From Neocallimastix sp. 'constans' (taxonomy: Eukaryota), in NCBI GenBank assembly GCA_050613775.1, contig JBODTK010000014.1:1426001-1490000 (forward strand): a stretch of DNA of 64,000 bases, read 5' to 3'. This document shows positions 24,351 to 37,986 of this stretch, in pieces. Made by a program: the position numbers and the translations under genes. Within the stretch, counting starts at the first letter, position 1. Each line of letters opens with the position of its first letter. The notes beneath the pieces are model-generated. The model was not told where the DNA came from. It was given only the letters and a program-made list of their open reading frames with translations, and searched no databases.

Positions 24351-26084
24351 TTAATTTTGACATTGGTGGAAATATTCATTAACTTGCTTACATGTACCTT
24401 CGGAACAACAAGTTGGACCATTGAAACCTTGTCCGCCACATTGGCCCCAAATGGAAGCACAGTTATCACCGGCTGGAGGGGCTTGTTGTTGTTCATTACC
24501 TTGTGGTGGTTGTGGAGCTTGTTGTTGTTGTTCATTACCTTGTGGTGGTTGAGGAGCTTGTTGTTGATCATTACCTTGTGGTGGTTGAGGAGCTTGTTGT
24601 TGTTGATCATTACCTTGTGGTGGTTGAGGATCTTGTTGTTGGTCATTACCTTATGGTGGTTGTGGAGCTTGTTGTTGTTGTTCATTACCTTGTGGTGGTT
24701 GAGGAGCTTGTTGTTGTTGTTCATTACCTTGTGGTGGTTGAGGAGCTTGTTGTTGATCATTACCTTGTGGTGGTTGAGGAGCTTGTTGTTGTTGATCATT
24801 ACCTTGTGGTGGTTGAGGATCTTGTTGTTGGTCATTACCTTATGGTGGTTGTGGAGCTTGTTGTTGTTGTTCATTACCTTGTGGTGGTTGTGGAGCTTGT
24901 TGTTGGTCATTACCTTGTGGTGGTTGTGGAGCTTGTTGTTGATCATTACCTTGTGGTGGTGGTGGAGCTTGTTGTTGATCATTACCTTGTGGTGGTTGTG
25001 GAGCTTGTTGTTGTTCATTACCTTGTGGTGGTTGTGGAGCTTGTTGTTGTTCATTACCTTGTGGTGGTTGTGGAGCTTGTTGTTGGTCATTACCTTGTGG
25101 TGGTTGAGGAGCTTGTTGTTGTTCATTACCTTGTGGTGGTTGAGGAGCTTGTTGTTGGTCATTACCTTGTGGTGGTTGAGGAGCTTGTTGTTGTTGGTCA
25201 TTACCTTGTGGTGGTTGTGGTGGAGCTTGTTGTTGGTCATTACCTTGTAGTGGTTGTGGAACTTGTTGTTGATCATTACCTTCTGGTGATGGTGGAACTT
25301 GTTGTTGGTCATCACCTTGAGCTGGTGCTGTGGCTTCACCTCCTCCATTACCATCTCCAATATAAACTTTAGCATATGGGAAATCTGCTGTACCACTGAC
25401 ACCTCCACTACCGTTACCAGCTTCACCTAAAACTTTGGCTTCATGTAATTTACCCATTTTCATACCAAGCTTTTCCCATTGATCAAAGTGTGCTGAAATA
25501 TCAATAGTACCACAATCACGAGCTTGTTGGCGAATACTGAAGTATTGTTTGAAAGTAGTATCTCCATCAATAGATGGTCCAGTACGAGTGTTTTCATAGA
25601 CAGTATATTGAGCTCCATCAATAGTGAAAGCTCCATGTTTCTGATTACCAACCCAATCACCTGGTGGAGATGGACTAAGCCAGTTATCAACAATGTAGTA
25701 CTCAACAAGTGGATCTCTGGTCCAACCATAAACACCAACATAAGAATATCCAACATTTGAAATATTTTGTTTAACAAGTTTGTAATCTGCCTTCATACGA
25801 CCAATTTGATCTGGAGTCTTAGTACTATCAAATGAAAGACCACTACGACATAAATAATCACCAGCACTTTGGAAAGTACAAGAGAAAGAACCATCAGAAT
25901 AGAAAGTAGCACTATTATTACCACTATCAGCCCATAATTCATAACCAACACCTCCAATACTACCAACCTTGTTACTAGTTTCCTTAACACTTTCACCAGA
26001 GTGAGTTGCAGAACTACAGAAACTTTGAGCAAGAGTAGTAGAAACTAAAGATAAAGCAACTGGAATTAATTGAGTGAATTCCAT
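24351..26084 (-). CDS. Second GH11 xylanase paralog; TAA codons at 24840-24842 and 24651-24653 in the linker give a 414-aa product lacking CBM1 (CBM1 coding sequence still intact and in frame downstream)
   Basis: Catalytic domain nearly identical to 19209-20855. 26084-24351 spans 578 codons; both TAA replace CAA in the PQPP(Q)GND repeat. Confidence 0.9.
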
Positions 26085-28504
26085 TTTTAAATAATTTATT
26101 TACAATTAATTAAATATAAATAAAAAATGTATTTATTTTCAAAAATAATTGTTTTATATAATTTTGAATTCTAAGATTTTTTCAACCAGTGAAATTAAAT
26201 ATTATAATAAATTAAAAAAATTTATAATTAAAAAGATTTTATATATATACAAATATTATTATTATTATTTTTTTTTAACTATTATACAAATAAGTTATTA
26301 ATTGATAAATAAATGAGAGAAAATAACGAATTATTTATACTAAAATTTTAAAAACTAAATGTTAATAATATTAATTTTTACATGTAATAAAACATTATAA
26401 TTTAAATTAAATTTTGCCATATAGTAAGATGTAAAATTAATTAATTAATTATGAAAAAAAGTTACACATACAAAAAATATTAAAACTTATAAATTAAAAT
26501 ATTTTATTTAAAAAATAAAAACTGAAATATTTTTTAATTATAGGTATTTATTTGATATATAATTTTATAACTCTCAACCAAAAATCTAATAAATTTAATT
26601 ATAATTATTTGAATATTAAAATATAAATATTTTATCATTGGTCTTTAAATAAACATTTTTATTATTAAACATTTTTTTTTTTTTATTTTTGTTATTATTA
26701 TTGTAATAATATAGAATCCTAATTAATATTATTTATATTTAGTCTTTATTGGTTACCTCTCTATTTTTATATTAATTCAATATATACAGCAATTCATTAC
26801 ATATGTATCAAAAAATCTAAAAATATATTAAAAAATATATTATTCTTTTAAGTTATTTTTTTTTTATTAATTCTCAATTATATTATTAATAAACCATGTC
26901 TTCATCATTCTTGACATAAATATTTTCCTAATTTTAATTCGTCAATTCATATAGTTTATCTTAAACTTTTTAATTTATTTTTTTAATTCTAATTATTATT
27001 TATATATTTATTTGTTTATATTAGTATTTATATTTTTAACTTAATTTCTTGGTTTTTAAATTATTATTAATTAATTTCTTTTTTTATTATAACTATTATG
27101 ATTATCAATAATTTTTTTAGTTAGTATTAAGTATAACTAAAAATCTTGGATTAAATTAATATTTATTATATCTTTTTTTTTTTTTTTTGAAGAAATTTAA
27201 ATAAAATTTTTTATAGTTATATTAATTATTAATTTATTTATTTAAATATTTAAAAATGATTACTAATAATTGGTAAAAAAAAATTTTATTATAAACTCTC
27301 TATTCATTTTCCACTTAATTTTAATTCTTTCATTTTTATTTAGCTACATTATTATTTATGATTGTAGATTATTTTTTTATATGTTGTTATTATATTAATG
27401 TTCTAATAATGAAATATTAAATATAATACCTATTATTAAATAGGAAATATTCTTGTAATTCAACAATATAATATACTAATTATAATCATTTAATAATATA
27501 CTATTTTTTGGTTTATATATATAACTATATTATTATTTTTTTTTATATTTCATACACAAAATGTTAATATATAAATTTTTAATTTATTATTTATACAAAT
27601 ATATATATATTTATTTTTTATTTTTCATATTTATCTATTTAGATTTTATAATAAAAAATATTATTTCACTTTTTTAATTAATTTCTATTCCTATTTTTCA
27701 TTTTAATTTTTTAAGTAAAATATCTGAAAATTTTCCGTATGTAAACTATATGTTGAATAAAAAAATTTTTAACACCTATTTTTTATTTTTTTTTATAATA
27801 AATTTAAATATTTTTGTTTGAGTTTAATTCACTCGTCGCTCGCCGTAAGTCCTATACACTATAAATTTATTTTTATTATTCAAAAGGTTTTTTATATAAT
27901 TTATTAAAAAAGTTTTAATAATTATTCAAAACGCTTATGGTTTTACTTATGTTAATTATATTAATTGAAAATAGTATAAGATATAACCTATATTCAATCT
28001 ATGATAAATAAATAATATATATTGTATATTTTAAATAATATATATTCTTGTAAAATATATCAATATAATGTATCTTATAAATCATATTAAGCTTATATAT
28101 TAATAATAATATAAACATGTTATTCTTATATTTTTACATATATTAACATATTTATCAAATGTAACAATATATACAGAATAAATATGTGAAACAAAAGAAT
28201 ATTAATAATTTTTATTTTGTATAAAAATTATTAAAAGGAAAAAAAATTTCTTTTATTAAAATAAATAAAATAAAAAAAAAATAAAAAAAAAATAAAAAAA
28301 AAAAAATCTATTTACTTATTTTATTTTATTTTTTTTTATTTTATTTATTTTATTTGTTTATTATATTATATTTTTTATTATATTATATTTTTTATTATAT
28401 TATATTTTTTATTATATTATATTTTTTATTATATTATATTTTTTATTATATTTTATTTTTTATTATATTTTATTTATTAACTTATTTATCTATTTATTTA
28501 TTTT

Positions 28505-28840
28505 TATTCCTTCTTGGTGGAACTTTAGCTTTGAATGAGCTACATTTCGATAGAGGGGAGCAGAGACAATTAAATGAACTACTTTTCAAAGGTTCATCTG
28601 AGTTAACCTGTTTCAAAAATTGTGGGCTTGGAGGAATTCTTAACTAGCGCAATACCTATCATAAGTAGTTCGTTTGAGCTATTATTTGATAGGCATTCCA
28701 AAATACCAAACTTAAACCAAGAGCGTCGACGTTGTACTGATAAGGCATAATGACAATACAGGATCATCTTCTATTTCAACGAAGGGTGAATCTCGCCTTA
28801 GTAGTTCAATAAATGGTGAATCCGGGGAGAGTTAGTGTTA
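28505..28840 (+). mobile_element. Non-LTR family A fragment
   Basis: FLLGGTLALNELHFDRGEQRQLNELLFKGSS reading; nucleotide match to 48690-49020 (reverse) and 1836-1997. Confidence 0.75.
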
Positions 28841-30735
28841 TAAATTTATTGAAAACTTATACTTTATCTTCCATGGGTTGATAGACAATTATCAGAAAAT
28901 TTAGTATTTATGAAAGTTGTTCGTTCAAGGTTGTCCCCCTCTCATCAATTTTATTTAACTTGTTTATTAATGTCATTTTTAATAAAATGTGATAAATTTG
29001 GAATCTATATTGGGGATAAACGTCTATCGTGGAGGTCTCTTTTACAGATGATATAAGAATTTTCTTGAATTATTTCTTAATAAGTTAAAAAATATTTCTA
29101 CGTTTTCTCATTATATATAGAAGAAAGAAAAAAAAGCCCAATAGATTAACAATGCATAAATACAATAATAAACTTCCTAAAGAAATGAGAAATACGGAAG
29201 TTTTTTATTGGGAAGATTCTTATTTTTTTTTCAAGTTCTTCTGTCTTGTCCTGTTCTGCCTGCAATTAATGATCAATTACATTCAAAAAAAACTTTTTAA
29301 TATATTATTTTAATAGAAAAAATTTATATTCAATGTCTCTCTCTAAAAATTATTCATAATTTTCTCATAGATTTTTTTTATTTTATTTGAATTGGACAGA
29401 CGAATTAGATGTGAATTCAAATTTGATTATGAAATATTAGGTTAAAAAAAAAAAAAAATTGGATATTAGAAACTTGTCCAATAATGATGCCTAAAATGAG
29501 ATTAAATAACAAAACATAAATATAATTTAAGTGAAGATTAAATACAATATAATAAAATAAAATAAAACATTGTCTATTCAAAATTATTTTATACGAAAGT
29601 ATTATTTTTTTTAATTCAAAAATAAAAATTTTCTTTATTAATATTTTATTAATTAAGTATCAAATTCAAAAATATAATTTTGTTTTTTTAATATTTTCAT
29701 TTCTTAATATTTTTATTTCTTAATATTGTTAATTCATATTTTCTTTATTAATATTTTGCAATATAAAATTTAATTCAAAAATAAGATTGTATTTATTAAT
29801 TTTTTAATATAACGAAAGGAATAAAATAATAATAATTGTTATAATTTGAATAAAATATAAAAATATTGAATATAATTATAATTAATAATATAAAATAATA
29901 TATTCTAAATTTTAAATATTTATTAAGTTATTTTATATAATTATAATAATTGATAAATTTCTCTCTTAACACACTAGTTAAAAGAAAAATTTATACAAAC
30001 GAGACCACTTTATTACTTATTAAAGTATTTGTAAAGAGACCTTTATTATTTATATTTACCCTTTAAATATAAATAATAGTTTTTAATATATTTAATGTAA
30101 ACTACAAATAAAAATAAAATAATTTTATAAATAACACTAATAATTAATAAACACGTATTATTAATTATACTAGTTAATTTTATATATTTTATTTATTAAT
30201 ATTAATATTTCATTATTAAATTTCCTCTTTCTTTTCTTTTTTGTTTACTTTTCTTCTTCAAAATAAACAAAAGACTTGTTATTTTTATTATAATTATTAA
30301 AGAACAAAGCTTTAAAATTATTAATATATTTTTAATATATTTATAATTTCTTAATTAACTTAAATTATTAATAAATTTACATTTATATTTCATGAGAGTA
30401 CAATTTGTATACATCAAAATATTTTATTTTATTATTAAATTAGTTATTTTCTTATCAATAAAATTAAGATTAAAATCATTTCAAAAAATAAAAAATTAAA
30501 AAAAAAAAAATAAAACAAAAAAAAAAGCAGCATTTTCATTAGATCTTAAAATGTTATTTTATAAATTATTATTATATTTCAGTGCAATTCTATTATTAGC
30601 ATTATTTAAAATCTATTGAAAATATTGCTTTTTTTTTTTTTTTTTTTTTAATAAAAATTAGTATCGTTTAATAAAGTATGACTTCTTTCTTTAAAAATGA
30701 TTAAATCATTAAGTAGTACATATTCAAACGACTAA

Positions 30736-32592
30736 TTAGTGTTTTTCATGAATTTTGGAATGATCAATACAACCTTTTGGAGGTGGTGAAAGTGTATTTG
30801 ATGGTATTTGTATTGGTGATGATAATAATGATGATGTTGACGACTGTGATGGTGATGGTGATGGATATTCATTTTTATGCTGTAAGGAATTTCTACTTAA
30901 ATTTATCATATTTTCATAAAAGTTATTATGGATTTCATCATTATCGCTTTCATTATTACTTTTAATATCTAATAGATCCAAAGATCTAGTTTCATTTGAA
31001 GATGAAATATTACCAAATTGAATATCACGTAATACAGGATTAAATTCCACTAAATCTTTAGCCACTTCATCACAACCCATGTAATTTTCATCATCATCAG
31101 AAATTACTTCATCTTCGTTCATGGCTTCACCACTACCACCACTGTAATTTCCATTATCATTAGGAATTACTTCATCTTCGTTCATGGCTTCACCACTACC
31201 ACCACTGTAATTTTCATCATCATTAGGAATTACTTCTTCTTCGTTCATGGCTTCACAACTACCACCACTGTAATTTCCATTATCATTAGGAATTACTTCT
31301 TCTTCGTTCATGGCTTCACCACTACCACCACTGTAATTTCCATTATCATTAGGAATTACTTCTTCTTCGTTCATGGCTTTACCACTACCACCACTGTAAT
31401 TTCCATTATCATTAGGAATTACTTCATCTTCGTTCATGGCTTCACCACTACCACCACTGTAATTTTCATCATCATTAGGAATTACTTCTTCTTCGTTCAT
31501 GGCTTCACCACTACCACCACTGTAATTTCCATTATCATTAGGAATTACTTCTTCTTCGTTCATGGCTTCATCACTACCACCACTGTAATTTCCATTATCA
31601 TTAAGAATTACTTCTTCTTCGTTCATGGCTTCACCACTACCACCACTGTAATTTCCATTAACATTAGAAATTACTTCAGCTTCATTAATATTCATGTTAT
31701 TTCCTGAATTGTTATTACTTTCTGTAATTCCTTTTGTCTGGTAAAAATTAATACCAAAATCAAATGTTTTTTTAAATTTATATGAATTAGAATTTTTAAC
31801 TTTATAAAATATGGAATTAAAATAGTACGGATATAACGTTTCTTTATTATTCTCCATATATTTTTTATGTCTTCCAAGAAATGAATCATCTTTTCTTTTA
31901 TGAAATTGCCTATAAGTAATAAGTGAAAATGGATCACTTAACACCATGTCTTCTTTTTCTTGAAAAATAATAAAGTAATAGATCCAGAACCCGTCCTTTA
32001 TTTGAGTACTATTAGTATGGAGTTTAACATCAACATCAACATATGAATTAGAGGTCTCCTTTTGATTTAATACTTTAACAGGATTGAGAGTTATCATTTC
32101 TTTAATTTCTTTGTAAGTATATTTGTTCAAATCAGCTTTAAAATTTTCAATACATTTCTTCACTTCAGCTAAAGTTCTAGTATTTCTATTAGCGATTCGC
32201 AAGCCAAGTTGATAAATTTCATCTTTTATATGTTTAAAATTATCAAACTTAAAATGTAATGTAATCCATCTTCCATTAGTAGCATCAATTCTTATTCGAT
32301 TAAGAGCATCAGTCGATTTACCATCTTGATAAACGATTTTTATTATGTAATTATTTAAACTAATTTCTTTTTTAATAAAATTAGGATTTTTTCTTGTAAA
32401 TGCTTCAACCATATATCGAAAAAACTTTGTATGGCCATATTTTTCACTGGTTTTAAAAAAATTGTTAACTTCACACCTTGATTTTATAACAGAGACGGCA
32501 AGGTTAACATTATCATAATTTTCCATAAATTTCAAAATAAGATCTACAATTTCGCAGCATCTTTCGACAATGACTTTTTCACATTCTAGCAT
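30736..32592 (-). CDS. Hypothetical protein, 618 aa: globular N-terminus, ~10 copies of a 21-aa acidic repeat, Ser/Pro-rich tail
   Basis: Long intact ATG ORF in otherwise stop-rich DNA; 63-bp repeat encoding EAMNEEEVIPNDNGNYSGGSG at ~31080-31690. Confidence 0.8.
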   Translation of the reverse strand: MLECEKVIVERCCEIVDLILKFMENYDNVNLAVSVIKSRCEVNNFFKTSEKYGHTKFFRYMVEAFTRKNPNFIKKEISLNNYIIKIVYQDGKSTDALNRIRIDATNGRWITLHFKFDNFKHIKDEIYQLGLRIANRNTRTLAEVKKCIENFKADLNKYTYKEIKEMITLNPVKVLNQKETSNSYVDVDVKLHTNSTQIKDGFWIYYFIIFQEKEDMVLSDPFSLITYRQFHKRKDDSFLGRHKKYMENNKETLYPYYFNSIFYKVKNSNSYKFKKTFDFGINFYQTKGITESNNNSGNNMNINEAEVISNVNGNYSGGSGEAMNEEEVILNDNGNYSGGSDEAMNEEEVIPNDNGNYSGGSGEAMNEEEVIPNDDENYSGGSGEAMNEDEVIPNDNGNYSGGSGKAMNEEEVIPNDNGNYSGGSGEAMNEEEVIPNDNGNYSGGSCEAMNEEEVIPNDDENYSGGSGEAMNEDEVIPNDNGNYSGGSGEAMNEDEVISDDDENYMGCDEVAKDLVEFNPVLRDIQFGNISSSNETRSLDLLDIKSNNESDNDEIHNNFYENMINLSRNSLQHKNEYPSPSPSQSSTSSLLSSPIQIPSNTLSPPPKGCIDHSKIHEKH

Positions 32593-33384
32593 TTTTATAG
32601 GTAGGCAAATAAAATATATTTTTAAATAAAACTTTTAAAAAAAAATAATTTTTAATAAAAATATTGTTGTATTAAATTTAAAAATTAAAAGAAAAAAAAA
32701 ATAAATAAATAAATAAATGGAAAAACTATGTATTTATATAATTATATTTATTATTATTTATATATCCATTAAAATTATTTAATGTTATAATGTTAACCAA
32801 ATTATTACTATATTAATATCAACCTGTAAAAAAAAAAAAAAAAAAAAAAAATTATTTTAACGGAATTATCTTGATATTATATAAAGCATATTATTAAGAA
32901 ATTAAAAAATAAATCTTAAATTTTGAATCAATCAGAAAAGAAGGATAAAATGAAATAATAATAAAGAAAAAAGATTAAATAAAAAGTAATATATAGAATA
33001 AAAGAAATGAAATTATTTATATTACAATAATTATAATATATAACGAGTTAATATAATATATATTATATATATATCATTAATTGTTATTTTATATATATAT
33101 TATAATATATATATATATATAACATTAATTGATATTTTTTTTTTTTAATGAAATTAGATGATCAAAAACAAACTGGACAAAAAACAAAAAACAAAAAACA
33201 AAAAAATAACAAAAATATTATGAAATTAATAATAATTGATATTAATATTATTATATATATAATTTTGTTGATAGCTATAATAATTAGTAATTTTATATAT
33301 TTTATTTTGATATATACTCTTTGATATATTATTTTATGTTATATTAAAATATGCCTTTTTTTTTTTTTCATTTTTTTTTTTTCA

Positions 33385-33608
33385 TTTCCAATTAAAATCT
33401 ATTGGTTGATCAGAAATATTTTGGAATACTAAAATTATTTGAATTTAGGTCCAAGCTATGATTATAATATATAAAAATATAAAATATATATTAAAGTATA
33501 TATAGAATTAAATGAAATAATATATAATAATATATTAAAATATATAAAATAATATATTATTTAATATAAATAAACTATTAATATTTATTATTATATTTAA
33601 TAATTCAA

Positions 33609-33646
<38 letters not shown>

Positions 33647-33806
33647 GTAGGTCAAAGAGTTTGTTAAAAATTATTATTATATATTTAATATATGATAGAA
33701 TTCAATTATATCTATTTTTTATACTTTAATATATATAAAATTTTACTATTCAAAATTAATAATAGCATTAGTTCTTTTATTATTATTATGTATTATTATG
33801 TATTAT

Positions 33807-33844
<38 letters not shown>

Positions 33845-33888
33845 TATTATTTATTATGTATTATTATGTATTATTATTATTATTATTA

Positions 33889-33926
<38 letters not shown>

Positions 33927-33947
33927 CAATTATTATTATTATTATTA

Positions 33948-33997
<50 letters not shown>

Positions 33998-35165
33998 GTA
34001 TTATGATTAATATTGATTTTATTAAATATTTTATATTATTATAATTAATATTATTATTGATTTTGTGAACTTTTTTCTATTTTTTTTGTCGATTATTTTT
34101 TATCCACTTTAATTTTTCAACCATTTTATTTGAATTATTTTTGATAAAACTATTTAGTTCTTTAAATAAAAGTTATGACCTTTTTTTTATTTATTTTTTT
34201 TTTTTATTTTATAGTTTTAAAGATGACTTATTGGCAATTAAAAAATATAGTAAATCAAAAAAGCTGTATTATATATTAAATTATTGAATAATAGTGAAAT
34301 GAAAACAAAAAAAAAAAAAATATATATATATATATATATAATATTATCATTTCTTTTATATTATAAATTATAAACTAAATATTTTTATATTTTATAATAT
34401 CTAATTTTTGTTATTTTTTCTATATGATAATATATATCAAATATAAATATATAAATATATATTTTGTTTTTTCATATTTTTATAATATTTATTTCATATT
34501 TTTATAATATTTATTATATAATGTTAATTTTTATTATTTAATTTGTTTTGTATATATTTATATTTATATCAAAAAATTATTATTATTTTATAATTTACAA
34601 TAAAAAATAATTCTATTACCATTGTAATTCTATTTTTTTTAATCTATTTTATATTCTTTTTTATATTATTTTTTGTTATTTTTTTTCCACCTTCATTTTT
34701 TTTTATATTATTTACTTTCTCTATTTTTATTTATTATTTTTTTATTTTTTATTTTTTTTTTTTTATTTTTTATTTTTTTTTTTTATTTTTTATTTTTTTT
34801 TTAGATAGATATTTATACTTTTTTTTGTTTGAGTTATATCCAAAATTTTTGGTCATTGAAACTTTTAAATTTTAATGATTGAATATAATAAAAAGCTCTA
34901 TATTTTTTTTTTTTTTTAATTTATTTTATATTACTTCTTTATTTATAGAAAAATTTTTTATAATATAAAAAGTTAATGATATAAAAAATTTTATATTTTT
35001 TAAAATTAGTGAAATTTTTATAATTCTATATCAATAATAAAATCATAATTATTATAATTATTGATATAGAATTATAAAAATTTCACTAATTTTTATACTC
35101 TCTCTTTAAAAAAAGAATTAGAGACAACTAATCATAGATTATACATAAATTTATTATTTAATTTT
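33385..35165. repeat. Dispersed duplication, copy 2
   Basis: Colinear with 8900-10450 and then with 7830-8110. Confidence 0.8.
35002..35093. repeat. 92-bp palindromic (MITE-like) element with perfect 37-bp inverted arms
   Basis: aaaattagtgaaatttttataattctatatcaataat (35002-35038) is the exact reverse complement of 35057-35093. An imperfect copy lies at ~7932-8024. Confidence 0.85.
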
Positions 35166-35510
35166 AAATTTTTTTTTTTTTTTTTTATTTTATATAAAAG
35201 AAACTCAAACTTGAAATTAATTAAAAGCTGAAAATTTATAATTTTTACGCTGAAATTTATTTATATTTTTATATTAGATATATTAGTAATATATTTTAAA
35301 ATATTATATTTCTTGTTAAAAAAAGGATATATTAGTAAAAATATTTTTGAATATAATATTTTTTTGTTAAACCAAAATATATTAGTAAAAAATTATAATT
35401 TTAATATCTTTTTTAAAAACTTTTTATATCATTGAATAGTTAATATTTATTATAATTTTTTTTTGTCAATTTTTTATTTTTTTTTTTTTTAACGATATTT
35501 ATTATTTATT

Positions 35511-35554
<44 letters not shown>

Positions 35555-35760
35555 AAGTATTAATAAAAAATTTATCAATTAATATTTTTCATAACTAAAA
35601 GACATAAAATAATAATAAAAATAATATTTTATAAATTTTTAATTTTTTTTTTTTTTTTTTTTTTTAAAAGATTCCAAATAATAATAATTTATACAAATTG
35701 AATAAAATAATAGTATTAAAAGTAATTAATATTATTCAGTCAATCTACATAGTTTATGTC

Positions 35761-35792
<32 letters not shown>

Positions 35793-35819
35793 AACAAAAA
35801 GAAAAAAAATTTTTTTTAG

Positions 35820-36460
35820 GCTCACTTTGATATATATAAATTCGATTCCTGTTGTTATAGAAAAAATTGTAATCCTCAATTGGACCATTGGTTTCTAAAT
35901 GCTCTCTTTTCCTTGAATATCAATAAAAAATTTTTTAAGGATACTGAAATTCATTATTAAAAAAATTTTTTTTTTTTATAATTTCCAAATATTGTCCAAT
36001 TATTAAATAGTAATGGTAAACACTGTTGTCACGGAAATGAATAATGCAGAATCAAGTATAGATTCTGATAGAAATAATAAAGTATATAATATAATAATAA
36101 TAATAATTATATAAATAACGGTAATATTTATTAAAATTAGCACTAGTATTGATAGTGAAAATGATAAGAATATTAATATTAATAATAGAGAAAATAATAG
36201 TATCGTTGTGGTGAATAGGTCAAATTGGTGAAAATAGTGATAATTTAAATAATTTTCTAAATATTGAGTGTGTAAATATATATATGACGTGGTACTAATT
36301 TTATAACTTCTTTCTTAGTGGAAGAGACACAGAAAGTATTGATTTAAATTTATAAAAAAAAAAAAAAAAAGAATGGAAATATTTTATTTTAAGAACCAAA
36401 TCATTTCTTGTTGATTATTATAAAAATGCTATTCTTTGGTGCGATCATGCGACTCTCTTT
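35820..36460 (+). mobile_element. Degenerate non-LTR element C-terminal region (family B)
   Basis: Knuckle-like remnant (CC..KNCNPQLDHWFL) followed by an Asn-rich stretch; homologous to 23130-23480 reversed. Confidence 0.55.
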
Positions 36461-36599
36461 TTTTTATTAATTGAAAAATGTACATGTGTTTTTATAATAA
36501 ACATTATTTATTTTTTGTATTTATTTAATACATAAATTTTTATTAATGTTTAAGAACTCACTTTTTTAAGATAATAAAAATAATTAATTTTTATAGTAA

Positions 36600-37040
36600 A
36601 AATTACATCTGATATAAAACAAATATGTGTAGTTAACATATTTGTATATTTAATAATAATTATTAAATATTAAATTTATATCTTTTTGATAGTAATTATT
36701 TTATTTTATTTTATTTCAATATGTATTATTATAATTATAATGATTATAATACTTTAATTCATATAAAATTTATATAGTTCTATATATTAGAATATATAAT
36801 TAATAGATTACCTATTTCTTATAAATAGATTAGATTATTTATATTAAAAATAGAAAATTTTTAGGAATTAGAATTATTATTTTTAATTGTACGAATATTA
36901 TAAATTTATTAATAAAATTTACTAAACTACCATTATGTAAAACCCACTGCTTATCATATCTGATATAAAACAAATATGTATAGCAACATATTTGTATATT
37001 TAATAATAATTATTAAATATTAAATTTATATCTCTTTTGT
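36600..37040. repeat. Dispersed AT-rich repeat (possible LTR/TE remnant)
   Basis: Reverse-complement match to 59780-60130 (aaacccactgcttat; actaaactaccattat; tagattacctatttctt). The tgatataaaacaaatatg unit occurs at 36610, 36961 and reversed at ~60700. Confidence 0.75.
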
Positions 37041-37986
37041 CAATAATAATATTTGAAATAATTTCTTATTCATATATTATTCAATATTCATATATATATT
37101 ATTCATTATAATATTAAATATATTAAATATATTAAATTAAATAGTTAATTTCTTCTAAATATATATATAATAAGAACATTATTATATATATAACTTAACT
37201 ATTCATATTTATTTTAAAGTTTATATTAAAAATCCATCATTCTTCTATATATTATAATATATAATATAATGAAATAGTTTTAGTTATTTTAATTATAATT
37301 AAATATATATAGTTGATATTATTTATTATATTCATATTTATTATATAATTATATTCTTATATATTTAACTTCATTATTCTTATTTTCATTTTAAGAATTA
37401 TATAGTTATATTTATTATATTTATTATATATTTAATATATATTTATTATATATTATAATATACTCTGATATAATATATTTTAAATGTATATTTATTATTA
37501 TTAAAATTTATTATAAAGATTTCCTAATAATGACTCTTCTTTATTGTAATTTAGAGAAGACCCTTGGTTAATTGGGTTTTTAAATTAAAATATATTAATA
37601 AAGGTTAATTAAATATAACGATACTATTAAAAATTAGTAGCACATAAAAGTCCCGTATATCAATATTTTGATCATGTGATTATTCTAAATTAATACACAT
37701 AGATAGATGTTACACAACATAAAAATATAATAATAAAATATTAATATAAGATAAGAATATAATATTGATAATAATATAAGAATATAAAAGTATAATTTTA
37801 ATAATATAAAAATATAAAATAAAATGTGAATATTTTAAACATTAATCAATTCAAAACCTAACCCTAATTCAGACTAGAATAATATAATATCTATATACTC
37901 ATCTAATTATTAAATGAATAAACGTCAGAAAGAAACAAATTAAAATTTTTTTTAGACAGGAAAGAGAATACACTTCCAAAACTTTT

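Noticed and set aside
24651..24842. TAA-to-Gln recoding (ciliate-like genetic code)
   Set aside because: TAA is the normal terminator of several intact genes here, and the paralog has CAA throughout its linker.
31080..31690. CRISPR-like regular repeats
   Set aside because: 63-bp in-frame coding tandem repeats with no unique spacers; eukaryotic context.
33692..34044. Short Ile/Tyr/Leu/Lys-rich ORFs (also at 7353, 10251, 16855, 41613, 48111-48520, 50396, 55450, 58367)
   Set aside because: Translations of (TAT)n, (TTTA)n and poly(A) microsatellites.
37660..37930. Possible 3' LTR of the copia element
   Set aside because: Only a short gatgt.tacacaaca resemblance to 41171-41425; no colinear match or polypurine tract established.
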